From Klebsormidium nitens (Eukaryota > Plantae > Klebsormidiophyceae), in assembly GCA_000708835.1 (NCBI GenBank), contig DF237299.1, positions 1-64,000 on the forward strand: a DNA stretch of 64,000 nucleotides, read 5' to 3'. Of this stretch, positions 45,472 to 58,806 are shown piece by piece; the stretch's first letter is position 1; each line of letters begins with the position of its first letter. Position numbers and translations under genes: made by a program. A model generated the notes under the pieces. That model was not told where the DNA came from. It ran no database searches and saw nothing but the letters and a program-made list of their open reading frames with translations.

Positions 45472-48400
45472 TTAGTCCAATGAGAGCGGCCCTTCTGGTG
45501 TGCTTTGTTCCACCCACGCACTCTGCGGCATGGCCGCTTTCTCGATGATACTGTACACGACGTCCTCTGGAAGTGACCTGCAGGCTGGCTCGACTTTCAG
45601 CAGAGAGCAATATCATCTTCCAGATCGCAGCACTCATGTCAGCAAACGGAGACCATCGCCCGGCCTTCTGCGCGCTGCGCTGAGCACTCCGGATCTGCCG
45701 GCGTCCCAAATGGTGCGGAATTTGTGGGGGTTTGCAATGACTGGCAACGATGTCAAAGGCGCATAAAAGATCCTGTGTCCTACCACTCGTCCAAAGCTTG
45801 CGCATGAGCACGTTGTCGGCTGCATTCCTTACCTGAAAGACGACCCCGATGGACTTCCCTCCGATGCGGAACCCGCTTCTGATAACGTGCTCGCAGCCAA
45901 AAGGAGGAAACGCGTTGCATCCTGCACGGAGCGCTTGCACCGGTTTACTACCAAAGCTTTGGAGGGCGGAACCGAGACTTTGTCACATTCAGGTGGCTAA
46001 AATGCATACGATTTGACCTCCTGGGCTCCGCAACAATGGCTCTATCGATAAAACATCCATGAGAACTTTGTGGTGCGCTAAGGATCCTTTCGACCACTCA
46101 TTGCATGCCGCGACAACAAACGCAGTGCAGCCCAAGAACAGCGAGCGGTCCAGCAGACATCCAGACCAGATGCACAACAATCAGGATCTTCCATCCTCCT
46201 CATCCGGCCAATCTCACTCTCGCACTCTCACGTGGGACCCTCAGGCAAGACACACGAAAACCAAAAGCTTCCATCAGGCAAGACACACGAAAACCAAAAG
46301 CTTCCATCCTCTCAACCGGCCATCCGCAAACGTTCTTACTCACCTTGAACCCCGGGGGAAACAACCGGTGCCGCTCGTAGCTCCACTCCAGCGGCCGGAA
46401 CTGCAGCACCTGGTTGCGCGTCCCGTGCTCGCCCCCCCCGGCCACCCCGAGCAGCACGCCGTGCCGCCGCGACACCGCCAACCCGGTCACCTGCACCACT
46501 AGTATCAGGCTCTTGTTTATTGCAATGTTGAGTCAGATTCTGCCCGGGGGCCGGGTGGGGTTGCATTGTGGGTTTACGGTGGACCATCTTAGCTCTGAAC
46601 CGGGGGTTTTGATTCGACTGAGCCCGGGGAACTGTCTCGAACTGATGCAGCCCAAGCGTTTCTAATTTCACTGCTGCCAGAGAGGAGGCCTAACTGACGA
46701 TAGTGGTGAGACATCATACCTGCAGCTGCCGCGCCGGCCCAAACATCATCCTGACCGGGTTCAGCACGAACATCTGCTGGGGGGGCGCGTTCGCAGGTGT
46801 CCCGGCCCCCGGCTTCTGCCACTTCCGGTAACCGGGGCAGTCTGCCTTGATGCACTGGAGCACCGCGGTGTGGCCCTCGCCGCAGCCCCCCCCCCGGAAC
46901 TGGGCGGCAGGACACGTGGACTCGTAGTCCGTGACGCGCACGGCTTGGGTTGCGTTGACGGGCCGGCGCAGGTCGACCGCGTGCAGGCGGGGGGGGTGGG
47001 CGGGCGCAGAGGTGGGGGACTCGGTGTAAAAGAGGAGATTGGGGTCTATGGGGGAGAACTGTGAGGAGTCGAACGGAAGGGTCAGCCGCACAACGTGTTG
47101 CTCGCAGCACGTGTCGGTGTGGGAGTCGCGCTTTCAGGCTATTGGTGAAGAGAGTAAATTCAAGAGTCTCGTAAGCAGTTACCTAGTAGAGACGTGAGGC
47201 TGCAGTTGTCAACGATTGGGTCAGGAGGGTAGCGATAGTTGAACTGGCGCTACGAGTCGAGCGGACGGTGTGGACGCTGCTCGAACGTTCACGCGATCGC
47301 AGCAGTTATATGTTGACGACCCTCCATTCCTTTGATGACTTTTGCTCCGCACCCATTCCTCTACGAAATGGGACCTGTCAAAACGGAGGTCCAACTTTCC
47401 ACTCTGTTTTTACATTCTCCAACCCTCATGCAAAGCCTTGTGACTTGGAGAGATCTCCATAAGAAAGACCATGTGTATCAACCCCAAGAGCAGTCGTTCA
47501 ACTCATTCTCACCTGCAGCGCTAAGCAGGGGTGGTTGTGCGTGTACGTCCCGACCACCTCCGCGACCGCCACGTCACAGGGGCTGTTCCGCGTGGCGGCC
47601 CGCTTGCGCCCGGTGGGCGCCTTAACGCGCCACACGCGCACCACGTGGTCGGTGTCGCTGCTGGCGGCCAGCAGGTCCGAGCGGCTGTTCCAGGCGACGT
47701 ACTGCGAGGACACGTGTCACGGTATCACTGGGCGGAACTTCCGAAGGCGAAATACCTTGGGTTTCCGATTTCGGGTGCTCAAGTTCCTCTTGTCCACTTT
47801 GAGAAAGAGTAGAGGGAAAGCAGAGGCTCGTTGTGCGCTTCGATGCCACGCAAACTTGCGCCAAGCATCGTGACTCCGGACGAAGATGCGCACGTGCAGC
47901 GCAGCAAACGCACAATTTCGTCACATGTGATGACTCACTTTGATACGAGCAACTCGTGGCTCGAGAACGGCGCTCGTGCAACTTCGCAATACTTCTCGTC
48001 AGAATGCGTTCCTAGTTTTCAAGATGGTCCAATCGTCGGCGTTCTCGGTCAACATTCGAAAGACCTAAGGTTTGACTTGCAGCTCTTTTGTCAAACCTAC
48101 TATTGGGTTCCAAAGGCTGCGAGCAAGGCCCCTGATCTGGAACCGTCGAATGGACGACAAGGGGAGGCATCGGACGGTTGGCTCAAAATCAAAAACCATA
48201 TCGGAGAATCTGGAACCCGATTCCCAAGACGACGCAAAGAGCTATGGAATGAGGGGCTGGCCACCGCACCTGGCAGCCTCTGTAGCCTCTGACGGACATG
48301 CGGTGCGACCTTTCGTGGATGCTGAGCGAGGCCATGTTGGCCGTGGAGTAGTTGTTCGCCTGGTCGAGCACCCACACCTGCAGTCACAAAACGGTCCGGT

Positions 48401-51400
48401 TCAACATCGATGCGTGACCACTTCTCTTGAGATCGTGCGAATCAAAGGCAGGGGCGGTCAATCCGCTCTCTGCTGCGAAGCGTTTTGCCCGTCCGCTCGA
48501 CGAGCCTGTCTCCAAACAGAAAGTTCGGGTTGCTGTACTGCCGAAAGAACTCAGAAAGAGCGCCTCAAAGACGCCTAAGAAACGATACGCGGTGCTGCGC
48601 CAGAGAGCGCACGGCAAGGCGAGCAAGAAACATAACCGTCCTTGCAACGACGAGGGCCGAGCGTGCCTGCACGGTCTATCGGACGTGCTTGTCACGTCTT
48701 CGAAGCATCTCAATGAAGAAAGTTGAGCAGAAAAAGTGGCGATTCGCAAGGCAAGGCTCCCAGTGGTGACTCAGCCCTAGCTCCTTTTTGCCCGCTTGGA
48801 CCGCATTGGCAACGAAAGGATGCCATTTCACCTAGCATCACCCTATCAAGTCTGCGTCAATGAATGCTTCTCGGCGACCAGAAAGAGGGTCCTTACGCCC
48901 GCACTGTCGCCCACGACGGCCAGGAGCTTCCCGTCCGGCGAGGCGGCCACGCAGTTGAGCGGCGCCCTGAAGCGTCCGATGACGTCCGTCCACAGCTCCG
49001 CGCCGTCCGGACCACGCAAGCAAGGTGGTTCCCTGGAAACACGACCAAGGGCTCCTTTCCCGTTTCCTATTTTCTGACTTTTCATCGAACATCTTACCGC
49101 TTTGGTCGCTGTTGTCGTCTGTCTTTTCCAGGTCAATTCGATTCTGAAGCGCAAAGGGCGAGCGATGATGCAACGCTTGCTTCAGTATTCGAGCTTTAGC
49201 CCCTATGATTTTCACAACTATGAAAAGTGATCAAAGGGCCTGATTCTATCACCAAACCCACGAGTGCTTGAAACGCCCGTACACAGAAATGACGACCATC
49301 GTCACCCGCTGAGCGTTCTCTCACCGGCGATAGGCACCCGGTTGCCGGTCGTACGCAGGGGAGTAGTGCTTTTTCAAGCTGCCACTCAGAAAGGCTCTCA
49401 TATCGATTGCTGCGGAGCCCGCAGTACTGGAGGAAGACGGTCCCGCTTCCCCCGGTCGGTTTGCCCGGGCGGCTCCAGCCCGGGGCACGTTGAACACGTA
49501 CACGAAGCAGTCCTGACTCGCGACGAGCAGCTTCATCTGTAGGGCAGGCGCGCGCTGGGATTTGTGTTCAAGCATACCTCTGTCGAAGTGTTCGGTGTGT
49601 GTGGACGATTGTCAGGGACTGACCTTCATCCGGTGCGACGATACGTAGAACTCTGCTGGTGGTGGAAAGAGGGTTTGTGCGTGCTTCGTACTTCCATTTC
49701 CATGTACTGCACCTCCGTTCGGGCTATTCGGTTCGTGAGATGGTGTTGGCCGAATTCGACGATTCCAGGGGAGAGCCTTCCAATAAGCAAGTGACGATTC
49801 TGCTGTCAGCAGAATGGACCACCGAAATTATTCGACTGACTCGTTGGCTTGATAAAGCAGACGGACGAAGCTACAGAGCACGTGTCCGACGCACCTCGTT
49901 TCCGCAGCGCCCGAACCTGACGCCGTTGTTCATCTGGCAAGATCCCACTCGAAACTCGGCGACCTGCTGGAAGTTGACCCCTGTGCCTGCGTAGCCAAGA
50001 CAGAACGAGCCCTTCGTGAAAACCCCAGAAGTGAGCCCCTGAAAGCATGCACGTTTCAAAGAGGCTGCCACAGGCGTCGGGCTTATTCACACCCCCAAGA
50101 AATGCACAATCGGGCTCCAGACCAAACCCTTGTTTCCGTAGCTTGTCGTGTGGCTTGATAAATCTTCTGCTTGACCAGAACCTTCTTCCGGAGAAGGGAG
50201 GGGTCGATACAGTCGAAACAACATACTGTCTGGACATCAACGGAACCTATGGGCATAGAGCAGATTTGTCGGCTGCACGGGGCTCACCCTTTTTGGCGTC
50301 TGGACGCAGTCGGAAAATCTTGAGCTCCCGGGTGCCCACGGCTCCAAAAAGGTCTTCGTGGCGAGCGATGCTGCGGAGAATGAGAAAAATATGGATGATT
50401 GACGTTACCTCAAAGTTAAGCATTACTTCGAATGGTGGAGGCATCACTTGCAACGAAAAGCAGAATAAGCTCGGATTTGATCGGAACACACCTCCATTAA
50501 GATCAGGCAACCAGTTCGACGCAACATACAAGATAGACTCACCTCAATAGAAGAAGAGATAGATTTATATTTCTTGAACATCGCCGGTGTTCATCGCCCG
50601 TGATCTTTCGAACACTCCAACTTCGAACAACCCGATAAATCAGCCTTTACTTAATCACATCTATCTCTTCTTACCTATACGGCTTGAAGCCTAAGTCCAC
50701 TGCAGTGACCAGTACTCGCTCCGCCAGGTCATAAAGAACGGCAAACTTCCCCTCTGCACAAGGGACCACAAGATTGAAGAAAATTGAGCGCCTGAGTGGT
50801 TCTCAATACAGGGCGGCTTATCTGATGCCTTAAAGCAGCCCCTGTGACAGACTTTTGAAACTTCTAATCCTGAAGCAACCAGTTTGAGCGCCTCCAAGCT
50901 TAGATGCGCCTTTGCGCGTGTTCCTCAACAGCGTAACCTGCTACAAATCAAGAGAGGCCTGACATGATCGTCACAAAATGACCAATGCGTGCATCGTATA
51001 GTGACAGGTATTGCACAGAGGAATGCATGAAAGCGACACTTGCCTGTGAAGAGAAGGCTGTCGCTGTCTATGTCCGCCAGGCTCAGAGCGTCGCAGCACC
51101 TGTACAAGGATGAAGCAGAGCTGGTAAACTGGTGCAAACATGAGAAACAGATGAGATGGCCCATCGAACACCAATCATTCTGAAAGGGACTGGACCGACT
51201 CTGTTTTACACTTACAAGTGTGAAAGAGACCATTAAGTGGAGTCGATGAATGGGCATGCGAGCGCGTAACGATCAGAAATTAGCAACGAAGATGCCTTGA
51301 CAACAGACGTCTGCATGCTAAACCACCATAGTGGTCCTTTGAAGGGTCTCCTGTTCTTGAGGGTGGTTTCAAGAACTCAATTTAGATATCTGCCTGGAAG

Positions 51401-52256
51401 GTTTGATGGCAGGCACCTGACACAACATTGTTGATTCAGGAAGTGCCAGGATGAAAACCACTGCGGAAAGATGCGGGAGACCTCGACGGTTAGAACCTTG
51501 TCACGTCAACAGGCTGCTGGCTTGAGGAGGGAACCAAGAACCTCTGAATCCAACCAACACAGATGTTCACTGCTGTGCGATTGCAAAGGTTTTGCTAGCA
51601 TTTGACGAACTTTCCGGCACTAAATTTGGCAGCATTGTTTTCCCTTGAAAGTGGCCTTCTCAAGACAATTGCATCCTTACTGCAGCCACTAGGGCAAAGT
51701 TCCACTCGTATGAGAGGGGCTAATAAATTCTATAATGCCAAGACCCACACATACAGAGCACTAACTGTAAATGAGCAAGGATTCCAAGCGAAGGCCAAGT
51801 TTGAGCTTCCAAAAGGAAATTTCATACTAAAGCAACATGAGGTATGGATGGAGGTATCTTGGCGGGTTTCCAAGCTTAATCAGATGGGTACAAAACACGG
51901 GTGAAAATGCTGCTGAGAAGCCGATTGCCTTACTGGTGGTGTGGAACGGAGGTGTGGACCCCATGGTGTTCTACGTCCCCCGCCTCCGCCAGCAGCAAAT
52001 TCAGCCCTCCAGCAGGCTGCCCTATCTCCGAGTCAGAATCAAAAGAGTCCACCACGACCAACGAGTCATCCTCGGAGTCGGTCACCAAATCCTCGTCACT
52101 CAAAAAGGAGAGGTCGTCATCGGAATGCAGCTCGTTGACACCAAGCATCGCCGCGAAATCCTCGTAATCCTCAACCTCATAGTCTTCGTCTTCCTCGGAA
52201 TCGTAGGCAGCGTTCAGCAAGCCTGGCAGGGCGTTGGCGGGATCCTCATGCGCCAT
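45472..52256 (-). CDS. WD40-repeat protein with acidic N-terminal tract
   Basis: D/E-rich exon 1 (MAHEDPANALPGLLNAAYDSEEDED...). Exons with QMNNGVRFG, LLVASQDCFVYVFNV, LNCVAASPDGKLLAVVGDS, YVAWNSRSDLLAASSDTDHVVRVWRV, FSPIDPNLLFYTES; last exon SLPEDVVYSIIEKAAMPQSAW..LD* (stop 45474-45472). Confidence 0.85.
46241..46306. repeat. 33-bp perfect tandem duplication in a WD40 intron
   Basis: tcaggcaagacacacgaaaaccaaaagcttcca x2. Confidence 0.9.
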
Positions 52257-52603
52257 TGCTCCTGCTTCCTGCTGCGCGCCAAGCAGAAAGTTGCACGAAA
52301 ACTTCTCGGACGAGCTCATTGACATTGTCATGAGTCATGTGCAAGAAGGGCATCGGGGAAGCTGGCAGTGGGGGAAGCCTGAGGCTGAGGTCCATCCCCT
52401 CCCACGTGGTCTACAGAGCTAATGTCAGTCGTTGGATGAGACAAGGTCAAGCCCTGGACGGCTGCAAAAGTCTCCAAACTTTTGGTCCACCTGGATCGAG
52501 CTGTCTTGAGAGCTTTGCACTGTGCAGGCTGGCCCACTACTAGTGTAGCTTCACTAATGATCAGGGCTCTGCATGCTGTTCTGGAGCGGTGGAGAGGAGG
52601 CGC

Positions 52604-52619
52604 AGAGAGAGAGAGAGAG
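52604..52619. repeat. (AG)8 microsatellite in the divergent WD40/RING promoter region
   Basis: agagagagagagagag between ATG 52256 (-) and ATG 52832 (+). Confidence 0.8.
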
Positions 52620-52831
52620 CTTGAGGGCTTGAGGGGCAGCTGAGCAGCTCCCTGCTTAGGAAACTGCGCTACGTCAGAACCCGTTCAAAGCATGGCACTG
52701 GAGCTCCTCCACAAGATTGGTGAGGCTCAGCACCCATGATTTGAGCACCCTTAAAGCAAACGGACCCTTCTAAAAAGTTGAAGGGCCGGGGGTTTGTCTT
52801 TGAGTCGGGCTCTTCTCCTGTGCCTTGGAAT

Positions 52832-55800
52832 ATGGGGGCGGCCGTCAGCCGGCACCACCGGTTCCCCGCCGCCGTGCGCACAAACGTGGACCCAGAGTTG
52901 GGGCTCATTGAAGCCAGCAGCCAGGTCACGCCCCTGGATGTACGTGTCAACCTGCCTGAGCCATCCCCCGTAAGTTACTTCAGTCATACTTGAGAAAGTG
53001 AAAAGGTCAGGTTCTGCATAATACAAGCATCTCAACTGTTTCAGCATACTGGAGAGCATGGTTCTAAGGAGCAGCTATCTTGTGAAAGTTGAGTCTGGAT
53101 ACTTCAGGCTGCCACGAAATCGTTGTGCGGGCTGTCCGAGAGCTATGCAATTTCAAGGCTTCTATTGAGTGCGCAGTATAGGATACCCCCTCATTGGCAG
53201 ACCAAGTTTTAGAGGATCAGCAGACCGCATTCTTTGTCTGAAATGCTGAGTCATGTATTTCAGCTGCCCAAGCTACGCCCTACGCGCACCATCAAGTCGA
53301 GCGTCAACCTAAAGAAGCAGTCCCTGAGGCTCAAACTGGACAAAACTCGCACGCTGCTGCCTGGCCAAGCCCCAAAGTTCCAGCTAGCGTTTGAATTAGA
53401 CGCGCTGGAAGCGTGCAAGTGAGTCTGCCCGCCCGTAAATTGCCAGATCTCAAGAGGTTGAGGACAGTCAAATGGCCTTCAGCAGCAAGATGCATGCGTG
53501 TCCATTGTTTGATTCCAGCATTCATGCCAAAGTTGCAGAGGGCTGGAAGCAGGAGCAAACAGAGGAAAGTGATTACAATGCTCGTTGCGTTATGGTTGCA
53601 GGGTCACTGCGTATGTCCTAGGCTATGAGAAATCGGCGAAAGCGGGGGCAGCTCCGGGCACGGTTCCAACCAGGTGCGGATTCCCTGCGGTTGCAACCTT
53701 CTTGCTGCTTACTCCCCTGCTTTGGAAGGGCCACTGTTAAGAAAAGCTCTCTTTGTAGTGTGTGACCAACAATGTTGAGATGCTTTGGGGGCCTCCTTTT
53801 GATGCTCAGTATACATGAAGTGTCGCTAGTAGCATTGAAGCAGTCGTCCATTTGTTGTGTTGATCCAGAGTGTGGCATCTTTGCCTTTTGATAGCTTTTT
53901 GGACTCCTCTTCCTTTCACCTGGTAATGAGGATGGAAACTTTCTCTATGTTCAATTGAGCCTCTTGGGCACTTTGATCCGCACCTCGGGCAACGCCATGT
54001 GCTTGCAATTTGTCAGCATTTAACGCGGTCATTTCCTTTTGCAGAATCAAGTCGAAGCACACGAAGTCTGGCGTAGTCGTGGCCAACTTTGGCAGGGGCC
54101 TCGCTCACCAGTTCGAGCACCCCCCTGGGACGGGCCTGACGATACCCATCCCTGAGGTGCGTGCACTAGGATCATTGTCAAGCCTCTGGGTTAGGTGCTC
54201 TGTTTCATATAACCAGGAGGTTTGGACAGGAGCGTTAGACAGGAGCGTCAATCAACTTTCGATTTACCGAAGTTTCTCGGATCAGTCTGAGAGGCCTCGA
54301 GGGCCTTGGTGGCAGTTTGAAGATAACAAAGAATGTACATGTGATGATCCTTGACGCTCCTGTTGCTGAGGTATGGACTGGATGATGATAGCCCTGTTAA
54401 GTCCGCTCTGAACTCTGCACTGATGCTCCCCTACTGCTTTTTTGTAGGGGGAGCCGCTGCTTTCCAAGTCCGGGAAAACGATCTACCCTTTGGTCATCAG
54501 GGTAGAGACTGTAGGCGAACAGGTACGGGCTCACTTCTTTGACTGCCAACCGCAAACGACCAAGTACCGTATTCCTGCCAGTAATCTGATTGCGAGGCAG
54601 TATGGCACATGTTTTGCAGTCGTCATTTCCAGATCCTTGTTTCATGGCTGCATTCCAGTTGACGGCAGGGGATGCATCTGATTTGGAGGCTTTATAGAAG
54701 CTTTTACCTGTACCCTGATGGTTTTTTATCTGAGAAAATCCAATGAACTTTTTGTTGCAGGTCGTTGCACGAGGGGGAAAAGAGAATGTCGAGCCCCAGC
54801 AGGTATGTATTCTCGTCTCTGAGTAGCATGTTCATATTATCTACTGTCATGCGGGTCATTGGCAGCAACTCAGAACCCCAGCGTTCCAGAGATGCGAGTC
54901 TACTGCTTAGGGAAGCTTTAAAGATTCGTCCTGGCTTCATCGGTTTGGGGAACTTCTTGATGAACAACCTGTGGCGCATGCAGGGGCAAGAACAGGGCCA
55001 GCAGGAGAAGAAGGTTGCTGCGCAAGTGCAAACGACATTTGCCACGCTAGTGAAGCAGGTGGGCCTCAAAACTGATCCAGGGTCTCCTCCATATGCCTGC
55101 TGTTCTCCTGTTGGCTGGGCATGATTGTGCGCCCCCGCTTATCTTGGCGCATTCCCAAAAGATCTTTCAGTTTGTGCATCTGAGCGTTTGGGCTCCGACT
55201 GCATCTTGCAGCTGACTCCTCATATAGATCTGCAGAATTTGAGGCATATTTCGATAGGCTATGCAAAAGCGGAAGCGTCACTCGAGTATTGACACCCCGC
55301 TCTTTGCATGATGTCGCCCCATCAAACTTTACCCAAGCTTTTGCGTCTTTCGATTTCTGAACATCACTGACTCGGCTGGGTTGATGCATTCACTCCTTTC
55401 TCACGCCGGAAAACACTGACTGATCTTCCGCTTGGTGTTCGAAAGCATCCTTCAGCTTCTGACGGCCGCCAAAACTAGCTCACCATCTGGCTTCCAAACA
55501 TCCGAGTTCGCTCTCGCTCGTCCGCAGGCGGACGGCAGCTTCGAGGCGCAGGTGGCGAAGCAGGTCCTGTGGGCGCACGGGACGTCGTACGTTCTGCACG
55601 AGATTTTCGGGATCGACCGGAACCCCGAGAGCAGCCTCGCGGGCGCTGACGATGCGGGCAACAAGGTGCGCGTCCCGTCTAGTTTGTGCGCGAACAGCCA
55701 TTTGCTGCTGAGGCCGTTTTGGGTGCAGGGGCCCCATTACTCGCTGAGGCTCGGAGACGCTCCTGCTTTTGGGACCGTTTGCGATAGCCTTCCTGTAGTT

Positions 55801-56434
55801 GATTGCGAAGAACCTTGGATCGCCTTGTCGAGACCCACAAGAAGCTCTGGCCTCAGTCGAAATTGCTTCAGCTCTGTTCTTTCCTGCTGTATGACGGAGT
55901 CCGGGTGAACCGCACTGGCTCGGGGTAAAGTCTTCACTACACCGACAATTTGCAGATGGAAACGAAAGACCATTGGTTTCCTTTGCCCCCCAGGAGTGCG
56001 TCATCTGCCTAACAGAGATCCGGGACACGCTGGCGCTGCCGTGCCGGCACCTGTGCATGTGCGCCGACTGCGCCAAGGCGCTGCGGTACCAGACCAACAA
56101 GTGCCCCATCTGGTGCGACGCATCCCTTTCCCACTCGCTTGATTAGCCTTGTGGCTAGGAGGCTTCCTTTATCTTTGAAGTCCAAATCGCTGCCATGCGT
56201 GCGCATCTAGGGACTGCCATCGAGCCCGCTCCTTGATGGTTTCAGATGTTGGGCTGTATGCGAAAGGGGCCGGTTGTACTTAGTCAGGGCATGTCCTTCT
56301 TTGTGCTTCATTGACAGCACTGCTTCTGGACCGCGCCTTGATTGCTGACGTCATCGCTTACCTGCAGCCGTTGTGTGGTGGAGTCGCTTCTCGTGATCCG
56401 GGTTTCAAACGGCAAAGCGGGGACGGCAAGGTGA
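52832..56434 (+). CDS. LOG2: LOG2/LUL (Mahogunin/MGRN1/RNF157-type) RING E3 ubiquitin ligase
   Basis: N-terminal MGAAVS (myristoylation-type Gly2); [111 protein letters not shown]. The symbol denotes the family, not proven orthology. Confidence 0.9.
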
Positions 56435-57498
56435 CGGGGGAGTGGGTGCGGTCGGTAGAGGGTCTCAGAAGGGACCTTTCGCACCTGTAAAGCACTAGCA
56501 CGAGCACAAAAAGGCCTCTCTACGCCTTGCAGGCGGACGCCGTCAGGTCTGAACCAATAAATTGATTCTTACGGGTCCGATCAGCTTGCCCAGATCCAAG
56601 TGACAGCAACTTCTATCACATGTTGGATTCAGACTGGTAGGCGGGCTTTAGGGGTAGATAAAAGAGGGGGCTACAAAGAACCACTACCCTCGCCAGTTGC
56701 ATGTCGAGCTTTTGGGAGCTCGCGAAGAGTTTGTACATACGCCTAATCTTGATTCTTAGCTGCAGGACATTCAGAAAGGAGGACCTTTCCGTATGCTCGA
56801 GAAGGGCTCTGAAAGCTCTCAGTCAAGCATACGCAGCGACTAATAAGTGGTTCTGCTGAGTAGGTACAGACTGAATGAAATTGGATCGATCGAACGTGTT
56901 GGATTTGACCTAGGCTTGCCAATAGCAACGAATTGAAGCATTTGCTGCCATGTTGGAAGCCATCTGCTGCATTGTTGGTTTAATTATTGCTTTACAGAGC
57001 TTGCTTGTCAAATATATCGCATGGCAAAGTAATGTGGTCATTTCCTTTGATGATTCATGCCATGGGCTTGAACACATTGAGCTATGCATGCATGGCTCAA
57101 TCAACGGCACAAGACCTTATATGAGGCAACGGGTTCGGAGCCTGTGCGCTCAATGCCACTGGCGTCGAGTCCTCACATGACAGGAGCCTCTCACAGCATG
57201 ACTTTCAAGTGGCTGAACCTGCCACCTGCTTCATCACAATCTGACATACCTTCACTTGCCGACTCTAGAACAGCTAAAACTCCATTGCTTCCTCGTTCAC
57301 CTCGTGTGCTGGGTTGCTAATGATGCCAGGAGTCTGGTGCACAATGTCCCCGCATTACTTATAGTGACAGTCTTACTGTAGTAGATACGGTATGCTCAGC
57401 CCGAGTCGATCAGCCCTGCATACTATTAAAGGGTCTTCTCTTCGTCTGAAGAGCAATGCAGAGACACAGGGGAGACACAGAGAGTGGCAATTGTGTCT

Positions 57499-57893
57499 GG
57501 GCGGTCACATCTGGGCGGTCACATCTACGACTTTGAAAAAGTTCGGGGCTCCCGAAAAAGAAAAGTTCGGTACCGTATAACGCCTTTCGGTCACATCATA
57601 TAAGCTGGTGCTTCGGGACTACCGGAACCTGGCAAGGGGGAAGTACAAGAGGTCCCCCTTGAAACCCGCGGATCCACTACAGTTTGCCCGCGGAGGCTGT
57701 CTACCGTCGAAACTTTTAGTACGGCTCCGGAAAAGTTCGGGAGTCCCGAAGTATGTTCGGGACCACCGTAGAAAATGTCCGCGATGTTTTTCGGTAGTCC
57801 CGAAGCTGTTTTTTTCACCGTCGGGGGAAAAAAGTCCCGAACTTTTCAAAGTTCGAGACTACCGAACCTCGAAAATCTTAGATGTGACCGCCC
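57499..57893. mobile_element. MITE-like element with GGGCGGTCACATCT(A) terminal inverted repeats
   Basis: Left TIR present twice in tandem (57499-57512, 57513-57527); right TAGATGTGACCGCCC (57879-57893). Internal iterated AAAGTTCGGG / TCCCGAA motifs in both orientations. No clear TSD. Confidence 0.75.
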
Positions 57894-58176
57894 TATCATG
57901 TCACACATGGCGAGATGGCGCCGCCCTTCATCTACCTGGAAGATTTCATGCAGAATTCAGCAGGGTCACCGGCTACGGTATCCGAGGGTACAGCTAGAAT
58001 AGACATTTCTCCTTCGCTCAGTGGATTTCAAGTTTTCGGAGTTACAGTGTTCAACGTTTGCTTTAGCTAGGTTAGAGAGAGTAGCAGTATCTCATACTAG
58101 ATGTTCGAACTCGATCGAATCTTGTGTTGACACCATTCGGGCCCATGGCGCAAGCTACGGTCCTTATAATAGACGT

Positions 58177-58203
58177 ATGAATGAATGAATGAATGAATGA
58201 ATG
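58177..58203. repeat. (ATGA)n / (CATT)n microsatellite
   Basis: atgaatgaatgaatgaatgaatgaatg. Confidence 0.9.
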
Positions 58204-58806
58204 CGTATTCCGTATGGTTGTCCCCGTGGTTGTCCTATAGAGATCGAAGTTCCGGCGGAATAACCGGTCACTTTCGCCCCACGTCTTTCCACCTTTGCTG
58301 ATCGATTCCCCAACCGCTTTCATTTACCGCCGGCCAAATGGCGTCCTACATCCTGTGAATTTAGGGTTTTGCTTTTGCATCCTAGAGCTATTAGGGTTTG
58401 GTTTGCCTGTGATTTTATGCATGCCATGTTCGCGCCAAAAAGATCTGGGCTCCACCTGGCATGCCAGTGTCAGCAGCCTGAGGGCGAAAGTTTTTGCGCA
58501 ATATGGCGCCCTCTTCATGAAGTTTGATTGAGCCCGTCTTGAGCAGCACCGCAGTCACGGTGGCGCTGTCGAGGGCATTTATCAGGACCTGATCTCCCTG
58601 CCGCATTGCCTTCGGTTGCAGATCAGCTCTTTTTTAACCGTGACCCCAAGAAGCAGCGCCTCCTAAGGTGGCGTTAGAAAGCATTGACGCCATCAGCAGT
58701 GGTCACTCAATCCGCGCAGGTTGTCCTTGATCATCACTGGTTGGCTTTCTCTACACTGGGCCATGTTTGTTGTCAAAAGCTGATCAGAGGACACTCCTGC
58801 TCAGAG

